From IMG/VR virus record IMGVR_UViG_3300036399_001267: DNA of 64,000 nucleotides, one strand, 5' to 3'. The notes beneath the pieces were generated by a model. That model saw only the letters and a list, made by a program, of their open reading frames with translations, was not told the DNA's origin and searched no databases. A program made the translations under genes and the position numbers. Of this stretch, positions 16,124-25,066 are shown one piece after another. The DNA is from an uncultured virus (IMG/VR IMGVR_UViG_3300036399_001267) (lineage: Duplodnaviria; Heunggongvirae; Uroviricota; Caudoviricetes). Within the stretch, counting starts at the first letter, position 1; every line of letters begins with the position of its first letter.

Positions 16124-17275
16124 ATGCCTTTACCATGTAATAATGTCAGTGTAACTCCAATTAAAGTAAGTCAACTAGTTAGATATTCAAATTTAGACGG
16201 TGGCGATATATTGTTGACAGTAGAATCAGGTTCTTTACTTTGGTCAAGACGTAGTACTGTTAATGATTTAAAAGTTTCTATGGGAAAACTTACAGGATCG
16301 TACTCTGGTAGTTTTACCGGAAGTTTTGTAGGAGTATCATCTGGTAGTTTTAGCGGTAGCTACTGGGGAAAAATAACTAGTAAAAATGTTAAAGCCACGG
16401 GTAGTTTTAGTGGAAGTCATTGGGGAAGTTTAATTAGCAAAAACACTAAAGCCACAGGCAGTTTTAGCGGTAGTTATTGGGGAAGTTTAATTAGCAAAAA
16501 TACTAAAGCCACAGGCAGTTTTAGCGGTAGTTATTGGGGGGCTATAGTAAGTAAAAACATTAAAGCCACAGGTAGTTTTAATGGTACTAATAATAAATTA
16601 AGTGGCAGTTTTAGTGGCAGTTATTGGGGATCCATAAATAGTAAAAATGCTAAAGCCACCGGCAGTTTTAGTGGCACAAACAACAAACTGAGTGGCAGTT
16701 TTAGTGGCAGTTATTTTGGAAAAGTAGTTAGTAAAAATTCACTTTTAACCGGTAGTTTTAGAGGCATAGATAATATCACAAATTTTAAAAATACAGGCAA
16801 AAAAGTATCTTTTAATGGCACATCAAGTTATGCTGTAAGTAGCAGTTATGCACAAACCGCAAGTTTAATTACATCAGGTATTGGTGGATTTCCAGTTTCA
16901 TTATACAAAGAACAATTAAGTACAAACACAGTTGCTTTTTTCATAGGCGGCGGCAATGAAGGAGTCGGGACTTTTAATTTCGCAATAACACATGGTTTTG
17001 GTACTAGTCCATCTTTGGTTAGAGCTACGTTATATTGTAATAGTAATGATTTAGGATACGTAACAGGTGATGAAGTAGGAGTTGAAGTAGCTGAAGATGA
17101 CACTGGAGGCGCCGATGATGAAAGAAACATCTTTGCGGTTTGGACAAATTCCACATATGCAGGTGTATCAATAGGAGAGTATTCAGCTGGAGTTTATATA
17201 TCACAGAAAACAGGCGGTACAAGATCTCCAATCAATCAAAATAGTTGGAAATTAAAAATTAGAGTTTGGAAATAA
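16124..17275 (+). CDS. Tail-fibre-like protein with GSFSGS repeats
   Basis: Repeat units of about 19 aa (KATGSFSGSYWGSLISKNT) and a C-terminal ITHGFGTSP-type domain. Confidence 0.7.
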   Translation: MPLPCNNVSVTPIKVSQLVRYSNLDGGDILLTVESGSLLWSRRSTVNDLKVSMGKLTGSYSGSFTGSFVGVSSGSFSGSYWGKITSKNVKATGSFSGSHWGSLISKNTKATGSFSGSYWGSLISKNTKATGSFSGSYWGAIVSKNIKATGSFNGTNNKLSGSFSGSYWGSINSKNAKATGSFSGTNNKLSGSFSGSYFGKVVSKNSLLTGSFRGIDNITNFKNTGKKVSFNGTSSYAVSSSYAQTASLITSGIGGFPVSLYKEQLSTNTVAFFIGGGNEGVGTFNFAITHGFGTSPSLVRATLYCNSNDLGYVTGDEVGVEVAEDDTGGADDERNIFAVWTNSTYAGVSIGEYSAGVYISQKTGGTRSPINQNSWKLKIRVWK

Positions 17276-17277
17276 AC

Positions 17278-17306
17278 TTGACATTTTTCAAAAACTAGTT
17301 TATATA
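17278..17306 (+). promoter_or_regulatory. Sigma70-type promoter for hsp20
   Basis: TTGACA-N17-TATATA. Confidence 0.6.
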
Positions 17307-17403
17307 TATTCTTGAATGACACAGATGTGTTATTCACTATAGTGCTCGAGTGAGGCTATTAGGTTAATAAGTTCAACAGAATTATTAAAAGAAAGGTAAA
17401 TAT

Positions 17404-17886
17404 ATGTCAGTAATTAGATACAATCCGGCGTTTCGCCATTTAAATCGTGATGAGTTTTTAACTCCATTCGATAAGTTGTTTGATGAAGTATTCACTTCAC
17501 AATTCCCAGAAATCACAAAAGAACTAGGTATAGGATTCTTTGAAAAACAAAGTTATCCCCGTGTAGATGTGATTGATTACAATGATCGTGTAGAAATTTT
17601 AGCAGAAATTCCAGGTCTGTCTAAAGAAGAAGTATCAGTTGATGTACAAGAAAACGTACTTACTATTAGCGGTCAAAAGATTCGAAAACTTGAAGATACA
17701 GATCTACAAGATCGCAGATACATTCGTAGAGAATTAAAACATAGTAGTTTCAAACGTAGTTTTACGTTAGGCGATATCATTGATAAAGACGAACCATTGG
17801 CTAAATTTGAAAATGGTTTGTTGACAGTCACTCTTAATAAGTTGAAACCAACTGTACCGACAAGTAAGAAAGTAAAGATTGATTAA
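17404..17886 (+). CDS. Hsp20/alpha-crystallin small heat shock protein
   Basis: YPRVDV, AEIPGL, LTISG, FKRSFTL and AKFENGLLTVTL motifs. Confidence 0.95.
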   Translation: MSVIRYNPAFRHLNRDEFLTPFDKLFDEVFTSQFPEITKELGIGFFEKQSYPRVDVIDYNDRVEILAEIPGLSKEEVSVDVQENVLTISGQKIRKLEDTDLQDRRYIRRELKHSSFKRSFTLGDIIDKDEPLAKFENGLLTVTLNKLKPTVPTSKKVKID

Positions 17887-17910
17887 GTAATATTCAATCA
17901 AGGTTATATT

Positions 17911-17939
17911 AACCCCGTTATTAAATTAACGGGGTTTTT
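17911..17939 (+). terminator. Intrinsic terminator
   Basis: aaccccgtta-loop-taacggggtt followed by a T tract. Confidence 0.8.
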
Positions 17940-17961
17940 AATTTTACAGATATTTATATAT

Positions 17962-18975
17962 ATGATAAAATTTCAACATTTGGTACTATTTACTTCACTT
18001 TTGATAGCTGGATGTGCAGCTTACTTTAGTGTATATGGTATAGGACTATTATTCTCTGGCGCAACTATTGCTGCTATGGTAATGGCATCTTCTTTGGAAC
18101 TCGGTAAACTTGTAACAACTTCTTGGTTATTTAGATATTGGAATAAATCCAATGTTTTGATGAAGACTTATATGATCGTAGCTATATTTGCTTTGATGGG
18201 TATAACTTCATTGGGTATATTTGGATTTTTAACAGCGGCTTTTCAAAAGTCATCGTTAGAAACAGAATTGTCCGTAAATAAAATCTCTACATTAGAAACT
18301 CAAAAAATTGAAGAAAAGTTAAAAATGGACTCTGTAAAAAAGTCCATTGAAAAAATTTATGCATTGAGAAGTTCTCAAGAATCTAGATTAACCGAAGTGT
18401 TAACTAATACATTGATAGCTAGAAATCCTATTCAATTACAGAATATACAAAATCAAATTAATGATCAAATTGGCGACTTAAACAAACAATTGGAATCTGA
18501 AAACGAAAAGTCTAAAATATATGGAGACAAAGTTTCAAAAATCGATGAAGAAATTTTCAAGTTAAAAGTTGATAATAGTCAGAAAAAAGATATTACCACT
18601 TTTAAATTCGTAGCGGATCAATTTAGTACAACGATTCAAAATGTTGTTAAGTGGTTTATTGCTGTATTAATTGCTGTATTTGATCCATTGGCAGTTATAC
18701 TACTATTAGCATATAACATTTCTTCAAATAGAGTTTATGACGAAGAAAAATTAGAAAGTGTTCAAGAAAACAAAGATATTTCCCAAAATAAACCCGAACA
18801 AATCATCATAGAAAAAATAGTGGAGAAGCCTGTTGAGGTTGAAAAGATTATTGAAAAACCAGTAGAAATTGAAAAAATAGTGGAGAAGCCTGTTGAGGTT
18901 GAAAAGATAGTGGAGAAAATAATAGAGAAACCTGCTAAAAAATCTACGGGTGTAAGAGGAATGTTCAGTTTTTAA
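17962..18975 (+). CDS. Multi-pass membrane protein with coiled coil and VEKP repeats
   Basis: Three N-terminal hydrophobic segments, FDPLAV helix and C-terminal EKIVEKPV repeats. Confidence 0.8.
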   Translation: MIKFQHLVLFTSLLIAGCAAYFSVYGIGLLFSGATIAAMVMASSLELGKLVTTSWLFRYWNKSNVLMKTYMIVAIFALMGITSLGIFGFLTAAFQKSSLETELSVNKISTLETQKIEEKLKMDSVKKSIEKIYALRSSQESRLTEVLTNTLIARNPIQLQNIQNQINDQIGDLNKQLESENEKSKIYGDKVSKIDEEIFKLKVDNSQKKDITTFKFVADQFSTTIQNVVKWFIAVLIAVFDPLAVILLLAYNISSNRVYDEEKLESVQENKDISQNKPEQIIIEKIVEKPVEVEKIIEKPVEIEKIVEKPVEVEKIVEKIIEKPAKKSTGVRGMFSF

Positions 18976-19024
18976 ATAAAAAAATAATTTTTCTTTATTC
19001 TACTATATATGTAAATACACGTAT

Positions 19025-19174
19025 ATGGACGAAGAAGAAATTTTTAAATTATATAAGAATCTAAAAAGAGGATTCGATTTATCTGATTGGGACTTAGTAG
19101 AAGAATCAATTGAGTATTTAGCTGAATACATTGACTTAGGCGACGAAGACGAAACTTTTGACGAATTAAACTAA
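19025..19174 (+). CDS. Small acidic protein (49 aa, below the ORF-track cutoff)
   Basis: MDEEEIFKLYKNLKRGFDLSDWDLVEESIEYLAEYIDLGDEDETFDELN; its stop overlaps the next ATG (TAATG). Confidence 0.65.
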   Translation: MDEEEIFKLYKNLKRGFDLSDWDLVEESIEYLAEYIDLGDEDETFDELN

Positions 19175-19488
19175 TGATATATGTTATATTGATAGCATTA
19201 TTGGCATCACTAATAGTGAATATTTTTTTATTAGTGGCCCTTAAAAAGTCTTTTGAACAAATAGACCAATTGGAGTCTTGGTTATTAGAATTCAAATTGC
19301 TTGTAAAAAATACATATAATAAGTTGAAATTTGTTGATGATCGGGGTATCTTTGTTAAAGATGATGATGTTGGCTTTTTATTTACAGATCTGCTTAATAT
19401 CATCGAACTAACGAATAAAAGAATTCAAACTGATGATAATGATAAACCCACCGCTATTAATGAAAAAAACAAAATCGAAACCTTCTAA
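19174..19488 (+). CDS. Small membrane-anchored hypothetical protein
   Basis: N-terminal hydrophobic helix and DDRGIFVKDDDVG motif. Confidence 0.7.
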   Translation: MIYVILIALLASLIVNIFLLVALKKSFEQIDQLESWLLEFKLLVKNTYNKLKFVDDRGIFVKDDDVGFLFTDLLNIIELTNKRIQTDDNDKPTAINEKNKIETF

Positions 19489-20422
19489 AAAAATAAAGAA
19501 GATCGCTGTTACTAAAGACAGTGTTAAAAAAATTAAGAAAGTAGTAAAGAAGGTTAAATCGGTAAAAAAACCTAAAATTACCATCGATATTGTTATTACA
19601 AAAAAAGAAAAAACTCCCAAGACTATTTCTAATATAGAAGTTCCAAGAACAATTCAAATAGAACATATAGCAGATAATGCCTCTGACTCACACGAAGAAT
19701 CTGCTTTTGACATTAACGGAGAACGTAAAAAACGTCGTGGTAGAAATAAGAAAGAAAAGATATATTTTTCCAAGAAAACTGAAGATGCTATTATTGAATA
19801 CAACAATGAAGAAGATGAAGTAAGACGAAATGAAATTTATGAAACAAAGATAAAGTTTAGTTTTGATAAATTAGTAGAAAATATATTTAATACATTTAAA
19901 TTCACGTATTTTGACAATAGTCCATTGGAAATTCAGAAAGAAACTGTTTCACATTTAGTAACAAATATTCATAAATTTCAAGCTGGAAAAGGAAAAGCAT
20001 TTAGTTATTTCAGTATTGTAGCTAAAAATTATTTGATATTTCACAACAATAACAATTATAAGAAATTCAACCAACACGTAGATATTAGTGAAACACCAAG
20101 CGAATCATCGGTTTGTTTACAAACAGAAGATGCACATCATAAAGATATTCAGACTCAAGAATTTATGAAGTTGATTGTAAATTATTGGGAAGCAAATATA
20201 ACTAAGATTTTCAATAAACAAAAAGATTTAAATATTGCATACGCCGTTATAGAACTATTCAGAAACTGTGAAAGAATAGAAAATTTCAACAAAAAAACTT
20301 TGTACCTGTATATCAGAGAATTGAGTAATTGTAAAACCCAACAAATTACAAAAGTTATCAACAAAATGAAAACATATCAAAACCTCGTAATGAGAAATTA
20401 TAGTAATAGAGGAACATTATAA
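19433..20422 (+). CDS. Phage sigma factor (T4 gp55-like, late transcription) with Lys-rich N-terminal extension; start may be 19460
   Basis: IHKFQAGKGKAFSYFSIVAKN resembles sigma region 2 of gp55-like proteins. Confidence 0.7.
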   Translation: MIMINPPLLMKKTKSKPSKKIKKIAVTKDSVKKIKKVVKKVKSVKKPKITIDIVITKKEKTPKTISNIEVPRTIQIEHIADNASDSHEESAFDINGERKKRRGRNKKEKIYFSKKTEDAIIEYNNEEDEVRRNEIYETKIKFSFDKLVENIFNTFKFTYFDNSPLEIQKETVSHLVTNIHKFQAGKGKAFSYFSIVAKNYLIFHNNNNYKKFNQHVDISETPSESSVCLQTEDAHHKDIQTQEFMKLIVNYWEANITKIFNKQKDLNIAYAVIELFRNCERIENFNKKTLYLYIRELSNCKTQQITKVINKMKTYQNLVMRNYSNRGTL

Positions 20423-20440
20423 TATCTAAATTGTTAATAA

Positions 20441-20465
20441 AACCACTCCGATTGGAGTGGTTTTT
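20441..20465 (+). terminator. Intrinsic terminator
   Basis: aaccactcc-gatt-ggagtggtt followed by a T tract. Confidence 0.75.
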
Positions 20466-20479
20466 CTATTTATAGGTAT

Positions 20480-20821
20480 ATGGACTTAAATTTTGAAATT
20501 TACAAAGGGAAGAATTTTTCTGGTCTTTGTAAAGACATAGTAAAAAATTCAGAGAATAAGAAAGATCAAATTGATATTTTGATCTCAGAATTACGCACTT
20601 TAATTAAAACTGTAAATGATGCTGTAATCATCGTACCTCTTATCAAAGATTATTACGATGTGGGAATTAAAAACGACGAACAGTTAGTTAAATTAGCCGC
20701 AGTAGTACAAAGATTGGTCGCAAAAGGAGAATCTACTGGAGAAGGCAATGCTATGGTTCTCAGTGAAGATGAAAGAAAACAGTTAATGGAAGAAGTTATA
20801 ACAATTAGCAAAGGAGAATAA
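20480..20821 (+). CDS. Hypothetical protein
   Basis: 113 aa ORF translationally coupled to the next gene. Confidence 0.75.
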   Translation: MDLNFEIYKGKNFSGLCKDIVKNSENKKDQIDILISELRTLIKTVNDAVIIVPLIKDYYDVGIKNDEQLVKLAAVVQRLVAKGESTGEGNAMVLSEDERKQLMEEVITISKGE

Positions 20822-22527
20822 TGAGTACGAATGTATCAAGTATAGTTAGATCGTTAAATCCTTCTACTTCAACTGTTATGAATACATCTATCAGTAATAT
20901 AGATGCTAATTTTTTGAAATTGGCGGTTGTAGTTGATATTATTTTAGATGACAAACATCCATTCTTTGGAAAAACTACAACAGATAAAAATTCACAACCT
21001 CCTCCGACCGTAAGATACCAACAGATACCGGTAAATTACGATAATAAAATACCAGTGGCAACAGATACCGATTTTAGTTATATTGGAAGAGCTAAAATTC
21101 GTGTTTTAAGTGAGGAAAAACAAACTGCTTATGATAAGCTACCATGGGCTATTCCGTTGGAGAACACTATTACTCAGTTTCCATTATTAAACGAAACAGT
21201 TTTAGTTATAAAAATAGGAGATAACTATTACTACACGAAACCATTTAATCGTTTAAACTTTTTGGGTACAAATGGAGAGTTTATAACTGAAAAATCAAGT
21301 AGTGACGATGGTAAAAGTGCAATTGCATACTTACAACCCAAGAGCCGAAAAAGCTATGTAAGTCATCCAGCATTTATAAATCAAAATCAAACGGGATATT
21401 TTGGTAATTATTTTATATGTAATCCATTCATACGTAGTGTACGTCAATTTGAAGGAGATACCATAGTAGAAAGTAGGTTCGGACAATCTATAAGATTTAG
21501 TGCGTATGATGATAATCGTTCGAATGATAAAGGTGCTTATCCATCTTATGCTTTAAACGGAAATCTATTTAAAGATTCAGTTGATGGTGGATATGGAAAT
21601 CCTAAACTAACTATACGCAATAGACAACGTAATATTGCTCAAAAAACCGCACAACAGTTACATCCTAAACTTCCTCCTATACCAGCTATAACTGAAAAGG
21701 AGAAGAATTATGGTGGTCAGATTGATGAAGATATAAATAATGATGGTAGTACTATTCAGTTTACCAGTGGAAATACTTTAAGTACTTGGCAAACAACTGT
21801 ATATAAAAGTATATTTGGTGTTAATAGTGAAAATAAGCCTACAGAAGAACAACCACGATTTAATCCTAAAGGATCAACATCTTTTAAATTTCCTACTTTA
21901 GATCGTGATCAAATTGTAATAAATTCTGATAGATTAATATTAAGTAGTAGATTTGCAGAGACCCTACACTTTAGTAAAAAACGATATGCTGTAACTACCG
22001 ATAGTGAATATACAGTTGATGCTAATGATCAAGTTGTTATAACCACTAACAATGTAACTACTATAAATTCTCCACAGATATTTTTGGGTCAATATGGAGA
22101 AACTAATGAACCTGCTTTATTGGGCCAAACAACTGTAGATTGGATGTATGATCTTTGTAATTGGTTGTTGGATCACGTACACTGGTATCATCACGTTCAT
22201 CCACATCCACATGGTCACGTAGATGCTGGTAAAATTGATGCAGAAAATACGAATGATGCAAATCCAGATCAAACACAAATACCAGTACAACAAATTAAGC
22301 TTAAATTACTAAGAGATAATTTGCATAAAACGTTAAGTAGACGAGTATTCGTTACTGGAGGTGGTTATGCGCCTGGTAGTAATGGAGTTAAACCAACTGG
22401 AAGTGGTGGAGAGTGTAAAGATCCAGTAGAAATTAATACTGTTACAGGAGCTGGAGTTGTGGGTGATTTCAAAGGTAGAAATCGTCGTGAAGGTCCAGTA
22501 CAAGTTGAATTTGAATTTGAGGATTAA
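20821..22527 (+). CDS. Baseplate hub/central spike protein (gp5-like)
   Basis: OB-fold-like N-terminus (FPLLNETV), EGDTIVESRFGQSIRF, beta-helix-like C-terminus with an HxH cluster; lies upstream of gp25/gp6. Confidence 0.7.
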   Translation: MSTNVSSIVRSLNPSTSTVMNTSISNIDANFLKLAVVVDIILDDKHPFFGKTTTDKNSQPPPTVRYQQIPVNYDNKIPVATDTDFSYIGRAKIRVLSEEKQTAYDKLPWAIPLENTITQFPLLNETVLVIKIGDNYYYTKPFNRLNFLGTNGEFITEKSSSDDGKSAIAYLQPKSRKSYVSHPAFINQNQTGYFGNYFICNPFIRSVRQFEGDTIVESRFGQSIRFSAYDDNRSNDKGAYPSYALNGNLFKDSVDGGYGNPKLTIRNRQRNIAQKTAQQLHPKLPPIPAITEKEKNYGGQIDEDINNDGSTIQFTSGNTLSTWQTTVYKSIFGVNSENKPTEEQPRFNPKGSTSFKFPTLDRDQIVINSDRLILSSRFAETLHFSKKRYAVTTDSEYTVDANDQVVITTNNVTTINSPQIFLGQYGETNEPALLGQTTVDWMYDLCNWLLDHVHWYHHVHPHPHGHVDAGKIDAENTNDANPDQTQIPVQQIKLKLLRDNLHKTLSRRVFVTGGGYAPGSNGVKPTGSGGECKDPVEINTVTGAGVVGDFKGRNRREGPVQVEFEFED

Positions 22528-22530
22528 TAT

Positions 22531-24171
22531 ATGGCATTACAAGTAGTAGACATATTTGGCAATTTACAACCAGCAACTGGAAGAACTTTTCCAAAAAACT
22601 CTTTGGAAATAATTCCATATTTTAACAAATATAAAACCGGTGTTGGAGCTGTATTTAAAATAAATCCACAGGGCACATCTGTTAGTGATGATAATAAAAT
22701 AAAGCCAGAGTCCTATCAATCGTTATATGAATTTTATAGTCCTACTGAATTATTGAATAATGGATATGCACAAATTGGAGATAATAAGTATATTAAAATT
22801 TATAAAAAATACGATAGAACTTTTCAATTTTTTCAAAATTATTTTACAGAAACTTATACGCCAAAATCAGGAGGAACTCCTAAAATAAACGTATTCGTCG
22901 ATTTGGAGAAATATCCAATATTTAATGAAAGCATAGGCGATAGACTTTCTTGTTTAGCACAATATGATTCTATCAAATCTTCGACACTATCCAATACACA
23001 ACTTGGTTTTAGACGATTTTTTAACGTTCAAGCATTCAACTGGCCAACTGTTACAGACGCATTCAATTACGAATTTTCGTATAATCGATCATTAAATAGT
23101 GTTAAAGCTGACGTAAATTATATATTTGAAGAAATTAAAAATAAAGTTTCTTCGGGTCAACTTGATAAGAAACTAGTACCAGATTGCTTTTTACCTGATC
23201 CTGATCCAGCATTACCAGGACCTCCTACACAAGCAATTAATGGTGTAGCAAATAAAGCTCCTGTAGTAGATAATCCTAATTTAAAACTACCGTCCCAAGA
23301 AGTAAAGGGGTTAGACGCAAATGCAGCACAACAAGCAGCATCACAAGCGCAAGGCGCAGCAAGTAATGCTGCATCTCAAGTACAAAGTGCGGCCGGTGGA
23401 TTGACTAGCCAAGTACAAGGCGTCGCTGGTCAAGCTCAAGGTGCAATTGGTGGTGCTCAAGAATCAGCAGGAGGCGTGCTTAGTAATTTATCATCCGGAG
23501 TTAAAGGTGCAATTGGAGGAGGAGCTTTAGGAGCTGGTATTGGAGCATTAGCCGGTGGCGGTAAAGGAGCATTAATAGGAGCCGGTGCTGGATTGGTTGC
23601 GGGTGGTGTAGCTGGTAAAGTATTTGATAAACTAAATCCTAAAGGTATTAAACCAGATGGGTTGGGTAAGGATTGGTCTCCAGATAAGTTTAGTCCTGAA
23701 TCTATAGCTGGAAATGATAAATTTGTAAATGCTAAAACAGGTATGGTTGAATCTACGTCTGAATTAGCTAAAGGATTAAAAGGTGGATTGTTAGGTGGTG
23801 CTCTTGGAGCCGGTATTGGAGCATTAGCCGGTGGTGGTAAGGGAGCATTAATAGGTGGATTAAGTGGTACTGCACTTGGTACCGGATTATCTGTTGGAGG
23901 TGTAACAGGAGGAGCTTTAGCAGGTGGTGGGTTAGGGGCCGGAATCGGAGGAATAGTGGGAGGTGGAAAAGGAGCTGTAATTGGTGCCGTTTCAGGAGGA
24001 GCAGTTGGGGCGGCTGCAGCTAAATTAGCGAGTGTACAAAAAGGAATGCCTAAACCAAATATACCAAAACCACCTAGTACACCACGCATCAAGACAGTCA
24101 AAATACCAAGACCATCAAATCCAAAAGGTGCAACAGATTTATTAAATTTACCTAAATCTCCGTTGGGTTAA
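22531..24171 (+). CDS. Hypothetical protein with glycine-zipper repeats
   Basis: GGALGAGIGALAGGGKGALIG repeats, Ala/Gln-rich linker and Pro-rich tail. Confidence 0.75.
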   Translation: MALQVVDIFGNLQPATGRTFPKNSLEIIPYFNKYKTGVGAVFKINPQGTSVSDDNKIKPESYQSLYEFYSPTELLNNGYAQIGDNKYIKIYKKYDRTFQFFQNYFTETYTPKSGGTPKINVFVDLEKYPIFNESIGDRLSCLAQYDSIKSSTLSNTQLGFRRFFNVQAFNWPTVTDAFNYEFSYNRSLNSVKADVNYIFEEIKNKVSSGQLDKKLVPDCFLPDPDPALPGPPTQAINGVANKAPVVDNPNLKLPSQEVKGLDANAAQQAASQAQGAASNAASQVQSAAGGLTSQVQGVAGQAQGAIGGAQESAGGVLSNLSSGVKGAIGGGALGAGIGALAGGGKGALIGAGAGLVAGGVAGKVFDKLNPKGIKPDGLGKDWSPDKFSPESIAGNDKFVNAKTGMVESTSELAKGLKGGLLGGALGAGIGALAGGGKGALIGGLSGTALGTGLSVGGVTGGALAGGGLGAGIGGIVGGGKGAVIGAVSGGAVGAAAAKLASVQKGMPKPNIPKPPSTPRIKTVKIPRPSNPKGATDLLNLPKSPLG

Positions 24172-24188
24172 TAATTATATATAATAGT

Positions 24189-24659
24189 ATGAAAATAGAA
24201 GTATTAAAAGAATTCATCAAGAAAACGGTACAACAAGAAGTACGTAATGTAATACACTCTGAAATTAAACTTCAATTGGCAGAAATATTTTCCAAAGAAG
24301 TTGGTCAGAATAAGAAAAAGTCATCTGAATCTGACTTGGAACAACAAATTCTCAAAGAGTTGGAAACTATGGATGATGTTCAAGTTATCGAAGAGGAAGT
24401 TAAACCGGTCAAAAAGTTTGTAAAATATACAAACAATCCAATGTTGAATGATATTTTGAATCAAACTACAGGCGGAGTACCACAAGAAGGTGGTTTGGTT
24501 AGTATGATGGGAGGACTTGGCGGTGGATCAACACAAGTAATTGCGGAAGCAAAAGCTCCAGAGAATGCTCCTGAACCAGTAAAAAGTGTTTATAGTGCTA
24601 TGAATAGAGATTATAGATCACTAATGAAAGCGGTAAACAAAAAACGTGGCGACAAGTAA
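24189..24659 (+). CDS. Hypothetical protein
   Basis: 156 aa ORF with NPMLNDILNQT and RDYRSLMKA motifs. Confidence 0.75.
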   Translation: MKIEVLKEFIKKTVQQEVRNVIHSEIKLQLAEIFSKEVGQNKKKSSESDLEQQILKELETMDDVQVIEEEVKPVKKFVKYTNNPMLNDILNQTTGGVPQEGGLVSMMGGLGGGSTQVIAEAKAPENAPEPVKSVYSAMNRDYRSLMKAVNKKRGDK

Positions 24660-24664
24660 AATAA

Positions 24665-25066
24665 ATGGCAACTCCAACCAAATCTATAGGTTTATCATTA
24701 CCAATACAACTTGGTAATCAAGGTTATTTTAACACAAATAAAGATACGATCTCACAGATTGGTACAAATATTCAAAATTTATTGTTAACTATTCCTGGAG
24801 AAAGAAGATTTAATAATACATTTGGATCTGGATTATACAATTTATTATTTAATAATATAGGAGATGATATATCAAATGATATCATTATTGATGTAATTCA
24901 ACGTGACGTTGACAAATTTATGCCTGGCACAACAATATTGAAAGTGGAACTATCTCCAATTCAACCAGATAATAATAGTAAAAATTCGATATTTATAAGT
25001 ATTACCTTTAGATATAACAATACTGTGGGTGAAACCGAGTTTAACTTGGAAACTAATAAAATCTAA
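24665..25066 (+). CDS. Baseplate wedge subunit (gp25-like)
   Basis: NIQNLLLTIPGERRFNNTFGSGL is the GPW/gp25 signature. Confidence 0.9.
   Translation: MATPTKSIGLSLPIQLGNQGYFNTNKDTISQIGTNIQNLLLTIPGERRFNNTFGSGLYNLLFNNIGDDISNDIIIDVIQRDVDKFMPGTTILKVELSPIQPDNNSKNSIFISITFRYNNTVGETEFNLETNKI

Noticed and set aside
16292..16762. Periodic DNA repeats as a possible CRISPR array or DGR template/variable pair
   Set aside because: Repeats are in-frame coding units with synonymous variation and no unique spacers; no cas or reverse transcriptase gene is in the window
17339..17362. CIRCE operator upstream of hsp20
   Set aside because: Does not match TTAGCACTC-N9-GAGTGCTAA
23457..24101. 214 aa Pro-rich minus-strand ORF
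   Set aside because: Antisense shadow of the glycine-zipper region
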